A model generated the notes under the pieces. That model was not told where the DNA came from, made no database searches, and saw nothing but the letters and a program-made list of their open reading frames with translations. A program made the translations under genes and the position numbers. From the IMG/VR virus record IMGVR_UViG_3300037784_000062, positions 1 to 46,628 of that record: a stretch of 46,628 bases of DNA; one strand, given 5' to 3'. Below are positions 10,125 to 18,859 of this stretch, piece by piece; the stretch's first letter is position 1, and the number at the start of each line of letters is the position of its first letter. Origin of the DNA: a virus. Lineage: Duplodnaviria > Caudoviricetes.

Positions 10125-10570
10125 TCCGACCGCTCCAGGAGCGGGATGGCGCAAGCGCGCTTGATGAAACGGGCGGCGAAACTCTCCGGGCCATCAGGAG
10201 CGATGGAATGAAAGAGGATCGCCAGCTTGCGCCGCTCGATCGGACGGCCATCGATGGGCTGGCCATCCTCATCATCGAAGCCGCGCCAGTCCTTGACCCC
10301 GATCATGGCGAGCTCGACCGCATAGAGCAGCAGGCCCGAGCCCGCCGTGACGTCGAGATCCTCCGGATCAAAGAGGATGCCCGCCTCGACCTGCTCGAGC
10401 CCGTAATCAGTGAGCCTTGCCGCGCTTTCGACAATCTCGCGTGCGGCCTGCCCCGCCCGCGCCTCGGCGCGGTCCAGATGAAGCTGGCCCAGCGGGGCGA
10501 CCTTGAGCGCCACCCCTGAGCCGAGCTCGATCCAGTCCGCCCTTTTGATCTGCTTGAGAGACAGGCGCAT
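10016..10570 (-). CDS. Tail assembly chaperone G
   Basis: Lies between tail tube and tape measure; VKDWRGFDDEDG motif; contains E-G-N at the slippery site. Confidence 0.8.
   Translation of the reverse strand: MRLSLKQIKRADWIELGSGVALKVAPLGQLHLDRAEARAGQAAREIVESAARLTDYGLEQVEAGILFDPEDLDVTAGSGLLLYAVELAMIGVKDWRGFDDEDGQPIDGRPIERRKLAILFHSIAPDGPESFAARFIKRACAIPLLERSEGNVLAAGLSGDGAPAASVQDASKSAPPARAADPSA
10118..10124 (-). other. Programmed -1 ribosomal frameshift site G GGA AAC
   Basis: XXXYYYZ heptamer in the correct phase (GAG GGA AAC), analogous to lambda G/GT GGGAAAG. Confidence 0.82.
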
Positions 10571-10572
10571 GA

Positions 10573-11580
10573 TCAGGCGCCCGTCACGGCGGTGAGCGCG
10601 ATCTGGTTTTTCAGCGTCACGATCAGCATGGGCTGCGGCGTCTCGCCGAGGCTTTGCGCGGCGCTGATCTGCGCATCAAATTCGAGCGCGCCGCCATTGC
10701 TGGCGGTCGGGGTCGGGGTGGCGGCGAAGGCGCGCGGCAAGGTCAGGGTCAGCGAGGAGGTCTCGGAGCGCTTCCACTCGACGTCGAACTTGAAGGGGTT
10801 GCGTTCATCCTGGAACTTGCCCAGCACCGCGTCGGGATTGGCGCCGGCCAATGTGCGCAGACGCGGCTGGAAACTGACCGTGCGATCGCCGGGATCATAG
10901 CGGCTGACGCTGGCGCTATCATCGGCGTAGTCGACAGCCTCGAGCGCGTTGGCGTAGCTGAAACTCCCCGAAATGTGCTGGGCGATCGCCACGTCATCGA
11001 TGAGGGTGCGGCCGATCACGGCGGCGGTTTTCGCCCGGGGCGGCAAGGCGGTCTGGGAGGCGCCCGTCAGCGCCGCGACATTAGACGCATCGCGCCCCAG
11101 AACCGAGGCGGTGAAGGTGCGATAGCCTTCCTCCTTGCCCGTGGCGAAGCTGAGCTCATTGATCTTGAGACCGGGCACGGGTTTGACATGGCCCGAGCGC
11201 AAGGCGATCTGGGCGCCAAAATCCGGCAGGGCCTGAGCGCCGGAATGGAACACATGGGTATAGTTTCCATTGCCGTCATCGGTCGAACTCGCCGGCGCGC
11301 CGAAGGCGAGATAGAGCCACCAGGTGAGCTGGTTCATGTCCATCGGCAAAGTGAGCTGGCCCGAGGCGGTCGGACGGCCCGGACCGGGATCGGTCGGGTC
11401 GCCGGGATTGTGGCGCGCACCGCCCATTTCGGGATCATTGGGCAGGGTGTTGGCGCGCGCCACGGTTTCGCTCAGGAAATTGAGCTCCTGGAATGCGCCT
11501 GTGGGGAAGGTCGCAAAATCGGTCTGCGGCGCGACATAGAGGCGAGCCATCTTGCCGCGCGGGGTCGGGGTGAGAGCCAT
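10573..11580 (-). CDS. Major tail tube protein
   Basis: 335 aa with a C-terminal LIVTLKN motif of phage tail-tube family 2; synteny. Confidence 0.82.
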   Translation of the reverse strand: MALTPTPRGKMARLYVAPQTDFATFPTGAFQELNFLSETVARANTLPNDPEMGGARHNPGDPTDPGPGRPTASGQLTLPMDMNQLTWWLYLAFGAPASSTDDGNGNYTHVFHSGAQALPDFGAQIALRSGHVKPVPGLKINELSFATGKEEGYRTFTASVLGRDASNVAALTGASQTALPPRAKTAAVIGRTLIDDVAIAQHISGSFSYANALEAVDYADDSASVSRYDPGDRTVSFQPRLRTLAGANPDAVLGKFQDERNPFKFDVEWKRSETSSLTLTLPRAFAATPTPTASNGGALEFDAQISAAQSLGETPQPMLIVTLKNQIALTAVTGA

Positions 11581-11621
11581 GATCAGATCCTGTTCGTTAA
11601 AGAGAAGGCGAAGCGGCGCGG

Positions 11622-11843
11622 CTAGCGCGCGGCGATGGCGAGATCATCCGGGCCGGCCTTGCGCACGGTTCCGGACCTGATCGCGCCGGCGACGTCCTCG
11701 GGCTCGAGATCGATGATCTCGCCGCGCCGGGCTTTCGGGCCATCGGTGAGCATGACGCAGGGAACCGGCGCACGGCGTGCGCCGGGACGCGCCGGATCAG
11801 GCGCTTTCCGGGCGGAAGGCGCGGTTTTCTTGTCGGTCGGCAT
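11622..11843 (-). CDS. Small virion morphogenesis protein, unknown function
   Basis: GGAG RBS; lies within the structural operon. Confidence 0.6.
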   Translation of the reverse strand: MPTDKKTAPSARKAPDPARPGARRAPVPCVMLTDGPKARRGEIIDLEPEDVAGAIRSGTVRKAGPDDLAIAAR

Positions 11844-11851
11844 GGGGTCTC

Positions 11852-12337
11852 CTATCCGAGATATGTGGGGGCTGTGATCAGCAGGCGGACCGGGATCAGC
11901 GCCGCCTTGATGCGGGGCGCCCCGGACAGGGTGAGATCGGCGCGGCGCGGCATGAGGATTTCGAGATCATCCACGGCGCCGCCCAAGCTCGGGTCAGCCA
12001 TGAGCGCATCGGCGATCGCCTTCATGCCGGCGTCAAAGCCGAGGTCGCGCTCGGCGTCATTCTTGCGCTCGAACGCCCATTCGATGCGGGCGAGCTGGTA
12101 GAACTCGCGCTCGCCGCGCTCGGACCCGCCGGCGATCTCTCCGATGGGCTGGCCATCATCATCATGGACGTTGAGGAAGGCCCGGCCGATCAGTCCCGCG
12201 CCGGTCGGGTCGAGCGCGTTGACGAGAGCGGCGTTGCGATGGGGCGCGGGCAGGACGCAGGCCTCATCGCTCGCAGCGTTTGCAAGCGCCGCCTGCAAGG
12301 CGAGATAGGCGGCCTCGATGCGGGTCGGATCGGTCAT
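11852..12337 (-). CDS. Tail terminator / completion protein
   Basis: IADALMADPSLGG motif; upstream of the tail tube gene. Confidence 0.72.
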   Translation of the reverse strand: MTDPTRIEAAYLALQAALANAASDEACVLPAPHRNAALVNALDPTGAGLIGRAFLNVHDDDGQPIGEIAGGSERGEREFYQLARIEWAFERKNDAERDLGFDAGMKAIADALMADPSLGGAVDDLEILMPRRADLTLSGAPRIKAALIPVRLLITAPTYLG

Positions 12338-13011
12338 GAGCTGCGCCCCAGGGCGTTGGCGAGGGCGCGCGCGATCACATCGCCGGCCTGCGCCTCGGTG
12401 TCTTGAAAGCCCCGGTTCAGGTCGATGCTGGGCTCGAGCCGGGCGTTCGGGACCAGAAAGAACAGCGGCACGTCCGCCGTGCCCTTGCGGAAGGCCCCTG
12501 ATTGCGTGCGGGCGCGACCGCCGCGACCGACGCGGCCGGTCTTGGTCAGCGAGGCGTCTTTCGCGATCGCCATGGCCGGGCGGTTCGCGGTGGCGGGAAT
12601 GATGACGATGTTTTCAGAGCCCACGCGGTCGAGCATGTATTTGACCAGAGATTGACCGCGCGGCTTGGGACGGTCGGCGGGCGAGCCCGGGACAGGGATC
12701 CACAGATTGCGCGCGCCGCGTGCGGTGATGGTCTCGCCCCGGGCCTGTGCGCGCAGGATGGTCTCCGCGCTCTCCCCACGCGGGTGAATGACCACGGCCG
12801 GGTTATCCGACAGAGATCCGCGCCCCTCTGGATAGAGGGTGTAATTCCACGCCATGCCGACCGCGCCGAGCGCCTGGGACGACTTGCGCGCATTGGCCTT
12901 GCCCAGCTCGCCCAGATCGCGGACGCCGTCGCGCATGCCCAGGCGCACATCCTTGATCAGCTTGTCCTCAAAGGTCTGCAGATTGCCCTGCAGGGCGAGC
13001 TCGAGATCCAT
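12334..13011 (-). CDS. Neck / tail-completion protein (DUF6441-like)
   Basis: Likely start MDLELALQG at 13011; GARNLWIP and VPLFFLVP motifs. Confidence 0.7.
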   Translation of the reverse strand: MDLELALQGNLQTFEDKLIKDVRLGMRDGVRDLGELGKANARKSSQALGAVGMAWNYTLYPEGRGSLSDNPAVVIHPRGESAETILRAQARGETITARGARNLWIPVPGSPADRPKPRGQSLVKYMLDRVGSENIVIIPATANRPAMAIAKDASLTKTGRVGRGGRARTQSGAFRKGTADVPLFFLVPNARLEPSIDLNRGFQDTEAQAGDVIARALANALGRSS

Positions 13012-13012
13012 G

Positions 13013-13393
13013 TCAGGCGTCCGGATCGGGCGGTGAGACATGGCAGAGCAGGATTTTACGCGCCGCATCTGAGAAGACAGGATCGGAGTCGATCTCGAAA
13101 CGGGCCTGATCGAGCTCATGACCGGGCGCAAGAAGAACGAACACGCCCTCGCGCACCGGGCGCGGCGCGCCGTGTAAGGCGTAATCGCGCACCCGCGTCT
13201 CGATCCGCGTGACCTGACGAATGAGACCCGCCTCCCCGCCCATAAGGTCGGCCGTGTCATCGCGGGTCGAGATAAGGACGCGCAGGGGCAGGCCTTCGCT
13301 GTCATCCGCGCCGGGCGGCACATAGAGCGCTGCGGCACTGTTGAGGCCGCCCTGAAAGACGGCCTCATGGAGTTGATCGTGCAGATCGAACAC
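13013..13393 (-). CDS. Head-tail joining protein (gpFII-like)
   Basis: Size and position after the capsid and FI-like genes. Confidence 0.62.
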   Translation of the reverse strand: MFDLHDQLHEAVFQGGLNSAAALYVPPGADDSEGLPLRVLISTRDDTADLMGGEAGLIRQVTRIETRVRDYALHGAPRPVREGVFVLLAPGHELDQARFEIDSDPVFSDAARKILLCHVSPPDPDA

Positions 13394-13397
13394 GGGG

Positions 13398-13796
13398 CTA
13401 GCTGTTCACGAAAGCCGCAAACTCGGCGAGTTCGGCCTTGAGCCGGGCCTCGATTTCGTCTTCGCCGAGATCATTCCATTGCTTCACGGTGAGCTCTGAG
13501 CGGTCAAAGGCCGCTTTCAGGACATGGCCGACCGCCGTCCATTTGCCGTCTGATCCGGGGATCTCGAGCTCAATGTCGCGCCCCTCGACCGGCTCGAGGG
13601 TTTTGGGCAGGCCATAGGGATCCTCGGACTTGTTCGCCGGCTTCGCGTCGGCCGGAGCCTCGGCGAGATCGCCGGTCGCCACATGGCGCGCACCATCCCC
13701 GACCGGCAGGCTGATCGTGTCGCCCACCTTGTGAACCGTCTTGCCGTCGCGGAACTCGCCGCGAAGGATGGTGTAATTCGCCGTTTTGCTCGCCAT
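13398..13796 (-). CDS. Head morphogenesis protein (gpFI position)
   Basis: Start MASKTANY with an AAGGAG RBS; directly after the major capsid gene. Confidence 0.62.
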   Translation of the reverse strand: MASKTANYTILRGEFRDGKTVHKVGDTISLPVGDGARHVATGDLAEAPADAKPANKSEDPYGLPKTLEPVEGRDIELEIPGSDGKWTAVGHVLKAAFDRSELTVKQWNDLGEDEIEARLKAELAEFAAFVNS

Positions 13797-13819
13797 GGGG
13801 TGTCTCCTTTTCCGGTTTG

Positions 13820-13902
13820 GCGTTTTCACCCCTCGCCGCATCTGGCGATGAAGGGTGAAAACGCGACGGGCCGCGCTGGATAACCAGACGCGGCCCGTCG
13901 CG
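13820..13902 (-). terminator. Two tandem strong hairpins downstream of the major capsid gene (attenuator or mRNA stabiliser)
   Basis: GCGTTTTCACCC...GGGTGAAAACGC (13820-13864) and CGCGACGGGCCGCG...CGCGGCCCGTCGCG (13862-13902). Confidence 0.6.
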
Positions 13903-13928
13903 GCTCAGGGTCAGATGAGAGGGCGGAT

Positions 13929-14954
13929 CTAGCGGACGCGCATGCGGGCCGAGTGATTGATCCGGGTCGGCACCATCAGCGGCGCCGATTGGGTCATCGC
14001 GATACGGGCCGAGGGGTCCTTTTCATTCCAGACCTTCGGAGCGTATTCCGCCGCGACCAGGCCGAGATCAGCGTCCTCGATCGCACCATGGGCCTGAACG
14101 CCTTCCAGCGCCGACGAGGTGATGATGCAGGTGAAGTCCGGCAGCATCTGGCCGTCAGAGCCATCATCCTGCTCATAGAAGTCCTGATAGAGCCAGAAGC
14201 GGAAACGGCCGATATTTCCCAGAAGCGCGCCAGTCGAGACCGGAACCACGGGACCGAGCTCAAGGCTGGCGGGGGCGGCGTTGCGGTTGTCCAGCAGATC
14301 ACGGATTGCAGCGTTGCCGGTCAGCAGGTCAGCCGCTTCAGGGTCCAGGATGACTTCAGTCGGGGCGATGCCAGAGAATTTCTGAATCAGCGCCGCCTTG
14401 TCGCGGATGGTTTTGAGGATGTCGACGCCGCTTTCCCCCCAACGGTTCGCACCCGTCAGGCTCGTCGTGAGTTCGGCCTTGCGGCCGAAATCCACCACCT
14501 GACGCGGATAGTCCTCGCCTTCAACCACGATCTGACCGGTATCGAGCGCCTCGGCGGCCTGTTGCTCCTTGCGACGCAGAACCGCCGTGCGCTGTTCGTC
14601 CAGAATGTCGAGGGTCATCGCCTCGAGCCGTTCGGCCGCACTCATCTCACCCGTATAAGCCTCGCCAGCGCGGCGGCGTTTGGCGCGCTTGGGCTTGACG
14701 GTTTCCTTCGGTTTCACATAGGGCGGGGTGAAGGATTTCGTCTCATAGCCGCCCGTGCGGGTGTTCTTGCCCGGCAGATCGGGATGGACGTAAGGGGCGA
14801 GCTTGCGGCCCTTGGAGATCACATCAAAGTCGATGGATTCAGTGTCGAACTCGACCAGCTCGGGATAGAAAGTGTCGAGAAGCCAGACCGAGGGACGGTG
14901 CAGGGTCTCGACCGCGCGGATCAGCGTCCGCGTATCAGCAGAAGTCAGGGGCAT
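13929..14954 (-). CDS. Major capsid protein (lambda gpE family)
   Basis: LAPYVHP, FTPPYVKPK and TQSAPLMVP motifs. Confidence 0.93.
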   Translation of the reverse strand: MPLTSADTRTLIRAVETLHRPSVWLLDTFYPELVEFDTESIDFDVISKGRKLAPYVHPDLPGKNTRTGGYETKSFTPPYVKPKETVKPKRAKRRRAGEAYTGEMSAAERLEAMTLDILDEQRTAVLRRKEQQAAEALDTGQIVVEGEDYPRQVVDFGRKAELTTSLTGANRWGESGVDILKTIRDKAALIQKFSGIAPTEVILDPEAADLLTGNAAIRDLLDNRNAAPASLELGPVVPVSTGALLGNIGRFRFWLYQDFYEQDDGSDGQMLPDFTCIITSSALEGVQAHGAIEDADLGLVAAEYAPKVWNEKDPSARIAMTQSAPLMVPTRINHSARMRVR

Positions 14955-15013
14955 GGGATCGCCTTTTCAGATCAGATGCGTGTGAGGGAGGCAGCTATTC
15001 GCGCGGGCGCGGA

Positions 15014-15388
15014 TCAGCTTTGCAGGGTGAGCGGAGCGGTGAGGAACAGGGTCGTGCCCTCGAGCGCCTCGGCGGCCGCGTCCGCCGTGATGCCCGCGCC
15101 ATAGATGAGCTTGTTCTTGTCAAACTCACCCGAGACGTAGGTGGGCGCGGTGACGTCGGACGCGGTCGCGTCCACGTCCACGGCGAGGATTTCCTTGACG
15201 TTTTGCGAACCGTCATCAGAGGCGGCGAGCGCGGTGACGAACTTCTTGCTCGCCGTGATCTGCCCGAGGACAGTCCCGGCCTTGAGCACGCCCGCGCCGG
15301 ACGCGATGGTGCGCGGGCGGGTCATGATGGGAAAGCCGCTGAGAACGAAGTCATCGTTCTTCTCGGTAAAGAGTTCAGAGCCAGCCAT
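15014..15388 (-). CDS. Head decoration protein (gpD family)
   Basis: LKAGTVLGQIT...DGSQ...ILAVDVDAT motif. Confidence 0.88.
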   Translation of the reverse strand: MAGSELFTEKNDDFVLSGFPIMTRPRTIASGAGVLKAGTVLGQITASKKFVTALAASDDGSQNVKEILAVDVDATASDVTAPTYVSGEFDKNKLIYGAGITADAAAEALEGTTLFLTAPLTLQS

Positions 15389-15453
15389 GGCCTAGATCCT
15401 TTTCATATGAGCTGGTGTGTCTTCAGGCGGAAGCGCCGCGCGGGCGCATCCGG

Positions 15454-17010
15454 TTAACGGAAGGCGGCGGCGGGCCGCATCTTGCGCAGGGCGGCGAGCG
15501 CCTGATCGGCATGCTTGTTCCCGGTCGGCCCGGCTTTCACATCGCCAGCGCCATCCGGCTCGATCGCCGGGTCGGGCGCGGCAAAGGTCTGGCGTGCGCC
15601 GGCCTTGGCGGCGTTCAGCGCCGCCTTGAACTTCGACAGGGTCATGCCCGGCGTGCCGGCGAGGATGCCGGCCAGGGTCGGGTTCGCCTGGGCTTCCTTG
15701 CTGGTCATCATGGCGATGACCGCATTGGCGGACGCCTTGGCGTCTTCCTCGGTTTCCTGTTCGGCCTCGACGTCCCCGTCTTCAGAAGCGACGGTTTCCT
15801 CTTCGGTCTCCATCTCCTCTTCATCGGTCTCGACGCCTTCGAGCATGGTCTCGAGGGCGGCGAGCTGGCGCTTGGCGTCCTCATCGCCAGCCTTGGCGCG
15901 CGCCTTGAGCGCGGCCACTTTCTTTGCATGGTTCATTGGGGTCTCCGCTTGGGTTTGATGAGCCGCATGATCATCCCGCGTTCCGGCCGTGCGGCTGTCC
16001 TCGGCGTTCGGAGCGGAAACGGTTTTCGCGGTCTGGGCGGGCTCGCCCTCCCCGCTGGCAAGCGCGGTCAGGATCTCGCGCTCGTACATCACGCCATCGA
16101 TGAGGCCGAGCTCGAGCGCGCTGCGCTCGGGATCGGGATCAGTCGCGGCGAACACGCGCGCCCTGAGCGCGAGAATGGCCTCGGCGTCGAGCGGGCGATG
16201 GGCGGCGACGTGATCGATGAACAAGGTCGCGGCGCGCTTGATGCGATGGCTGAGATCGGCGCGGGCTTCATCGGACAGGGCCTTGAACCCCGCCCCTTCG
16301 GTCTTGCCTTCGGGGAACTCGATCGGGGTGACCTCGATCCCGTGATCCTTGAGCCAGCCTTCCTCGCTGACATGGATCAGCACCGCGCCGATCGAGCCCA
16401 CCTCGCCCTCGGGGCTCGAGATGATGCGATCGCAAGCGGCGGCGATGGCGTAGGCGGCGGAAAAGGCCGAGCCCGCCACAAAAGCCCAGATCGGCTTGCC
16501 GCCCTTGCGCGCGGATCCTTCGGAGATCTCCGAGACAAGATCAAACAGGCCGTCCACAAGGCCGCCCGGGCTGGTGATCCGCAAGAGGATGGCGTCGACC
16601 CGGTCGTCCTCGCGCGCGGCGCGCAGGGCGCGGGCTATATCGTCATAGCCATCGCCCCAGCCAAACCCGCGATCCCAGAGCGGGCCGTCAATATCGATGA
16701 TCGCCGCGCCGTCCTGCATCCACCAGCCGCGCATGCACTCGGCGTCTGGCGCGCAAGGCGGAACGCCGCCGCCCCAGAGCCCGGCCTTGAGATCGGTTTC
16801 GGGCAAGTCGGCCTTGTCATCCTCACCCCGCGCACGGCGTGCGCCGGCCCCCACACCGGGCAGAAGCCGACGCAGGGAGGCGAGCAGACCGCCGTCCTCA
16901 GCTTCCGTGTCAAGGACACGGCGCGAGGTGGTGAGCATCATACGGGCGTGAAGTTCGGACACGAGAACGGGCCGGCCGGCAAGGCGGCCGAGGCGTGAAG
17001 AAACGGGCAT
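15454..17010 (-). CDS. S49 prohead protease with C-terminal scaffold (gpC/Nu3-like)
   Basis: ITSPGG, AFSAAYAIA and GSIG motifs; acidic/coiled C-terminus. Confidence 0.9.
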   Translation of the reverse strand: MPVSSRLGRLAGRPVLVSELHARMMLTTSRRVLDTEAEDGGLLASLRRLLPGVGAGARRARGEDDKADLPETDLKAGLWGGGVPPCAPDAECMRGWWMQDGAAIIDIDGPLWDRGFGWGDGYDDIARALRAAREDDRVDAILLRITSPGGLVDGLFDLVSEISEGSARKGGKPIWAFVAGSAFSAAYAIAAACDRIISSPEGEVGSIGAVLIHVSEEGWLKDHGIEVTPIEFPEGKTEGAGFKALSDEARADLSHRIKRAATLFIDHVAAHRPLDAEAILALRARVFAATDPDPERSALELGLIDGVMYEREILTALASGEGEPAQTAKTVSAPNAEDSRTAGTRDDHAAHQTQAETPMNHAKKVAALKARAKAGDEDAKRQLAALETMLEGVETDEEEMETEEETVASEDGDVEAEQETEEDAKASANAVIAMMTSKEAQANPTLAGILAGTPGMTLSKFKAALNAAKAGARQTFAAPDPAIEPDGAGDVKAGPTGNKHADQALAALRKMRPAAAFR

Positions 17011-17019
17011 GGGATTTCC

Positions 17020-18645
17020 TTAGCGCTGCGCGGTCTGGGACGGGGCGGGCTGGGGCGGCGCAGCTTCCTGATCAGACGGCGCCGTCACCGCCAGGGCCGC
17101 ACCCGTGTCATGCGGGGTGACGCCGCGTTCGGCCATATAGGCGAGCTCATGGCTGCGCTGGTCGATCAGGTCGCGCCAGTCATGGCCTTGCTGGGCGGCC
17201 TGTTCCTCGAGCGAGGTGAGATTGGCGTCGAGGCCGATCTCGGACGCCTGATAGCCCTTGATCGGGTCGATATGTTTCTGGCCCGGCCCGATCCAGAGCG
17301 CGGACAGATAGGCCTCGGGCATGTCCCAGAAATCGGGCGCGTCCTCGGGCGTCTCGATATAGCCGCGCGCAAAGCCTTCCTCGGTGACGGCGTAGAAGAT
17401 CGGAAAGACCGTATCGTCAGAGAAGTCCGCGCGATCGACCACGACCTTGTCCCAGAGGGTGTTGTACATGCCGCGCAGGGTGGAATAGCTCATCCCCTCC
17501 CAATTCTGGGCGGCCTCGGGATAGGCTTGGCCCAGGGCGGCGGCGGTCATCTGATAAGCGGTTTTGACGAACTCGGCGAAAGGCCCCGTATCTCGGCTGG
17601 CGTTCGTCAGGATGAGCTCATCCCCCGGCGGCATGACCGGGATGCGCACATCGCCGAACAGGACCGGGTTTTCCTCATAATGGTCGAGGCGAATGTCCTG
17701 CCAGCCCTTCGCACTGTCCGCGACGTCCGCGACATTCCCGAGCGATTGCGCAACGGTCGCGGGGTCAAAGCCGGACTTGACGAAAGCGCCAATGGTCGCG
17801 CCGATCACGGCCGAGGCGATCTCGCTCTCGACATACTTGTCCGTCATGCGGAAGGTTTCGAGCACAGGCGCGAAGGGCGAGACGCCGCGCGTCTGATCCG
17901 GTTCAGCGTCGCGGAAGCCGTGAATGACGATGGGGCGGCCGGTCTCGGTCGATCGCGGGACGGTGATCCAGCTTTGCGCCTTGCGGAAGGCGTAGAAGTC
18001 ATTGGGGTGACCGTTGAGAATGTCATACGCGATCGGCGCGCCGTAGGCGTCCAGATGTACGCCGGCGCGCAGGCGGTCGGTGTCCTGCACACGGTTGCGG
18101 TTCATCAGACGATCGGTCGAGACCACTTGCACACAGGTGGAGAAACGCCCGCCATCATCGCGGTTTCGGAGCACGGCGAGGCTTTCGCCATCGGTCCGCC
18201 GCTGGATCCATAAAAGCCGCATGATCTTGGCGAAGGTGCGCCGGCGTTGCGCATCGCAGCGGCGTTGCGCGTCATTCGCCCAGAGCCGGAAATTGGTCTC
18301 GATCGCGGCGCCAAGCCGGGCGGCCTGTTCAAAGCTGATGCCGAGCGCCTGATGATCGGGCTTTGAGCGCAAGCGCCAGCCCGCCCCCACGCCGCGCGCC
18401 ACATCGCCATCGACCATGGACCGGGCGATGGGCGTATTGCGATAAAGATCACGCGCCCGGGCCACGATCGCATCGCGCGCGAAACGGTGCGTGGAATCCG
18501 CATCGGTGAGCGGCGGGGTCCATGAGGCGAGCGCCTGGGACCGCGTACCGCCCGCGCCGCGAAAGGCGCTGGACCCGCCGAAGCGCATGGGATTGCCCCG
18601 GCTGTCGAGCAGGACGGGCCGGTTCTGTGACACGCGCTGCGCCAT
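17020..18645 (-). CDS. Portal protein (lambda gpB family)
   Basis: ARARDLYRN, QTRGVSPFAP, YSTLR and IDPIK motifs. Confidence 0.93.
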   Translation of the reverse strand: MAQRVSQNRPVLLDSRGNPMRFGGSSAFRGAGGTRSQALASWTPPLTDADSTHRFARDAIVARARDLYRNTPIARSMVDGDVARGVGAGWRLRSKPDHQALGISFEQAARLGAAIETNFRLWANDAQRRCDAQRRRTFAKIMRLLWIQRRTDGESLAVLRNRDDGGRFSTCVQVVSTDRLMNRNRVQDTDRLRAGVHLDAYGAPIAYDILNGHPNDFYAFRKAQSWITVPRSTETGRPIVIHGFRDAEPDQTRGVSPFAPVLETFRMTDKYVESEIASAVIGATIGAFVKSGFDPATVAQSLGNVADVADSAKGWQDIRLDHYEENPVLFGDVRIPVMPPGDELILTNASRDTGPFAEFVKTAYQMTAAALGQAYPEAAQNWEGMSYSTLRGMYNTLWDKVVVDRADFSDDTVFPIFYAVTEEGFARGYIETPEDAPDFWDMPEAYLSALWIGPGQKHIDPIKGYQASEIGLDANLTSLEEQAAQQGHDWRDLIDQRSHELAYMAERGVTPHDTGAALAVTAPSDQEAAPPQPAPSQTAQR

Positions 18646-18851
18646 CAGAAGCGCACCCCGATCGCGCCCCGGCGCGGACGGCCGGTCATGCCGGCGCGAA
18701 GGCGGGCGATATAGGCTTCAAGATCGTTCGCGTCGGCGGGCTGATAGGCGACCTTGCCGCCGTCCTTGGTCGAGATCTCGACAATCCCGCCATTGGTGCG
18801 CAAGGCGTGGAGCTTGGCCTCGGCGTCGGCGAGCCGTTGTGCGTCCGTCAT
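18645..18851 (-). CDS. Head completion protein gpW
   Basis: 68 aa, KVAYQPADANDLEAYIARL; lies between terL and portal. Confidence 0.85.
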   Translation of the reverse strand: MTDAQRLADAEAKLHALRTNGGIVEISTKDGGKVAYQPADANDLEAYIARLRAGMTGRPRRGAIGVRF

Positions 18852-18859
18852 GATGGATC

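Noticed and set aside
15415-18213. Long plus-strand ORFs opposite the head genes (also 1199..2293, 13953..15104, 34521..35654 and similar)
   Set aside because: Expected antisense shadows in high-GC coding DNA, with no motifs or coupling signals.
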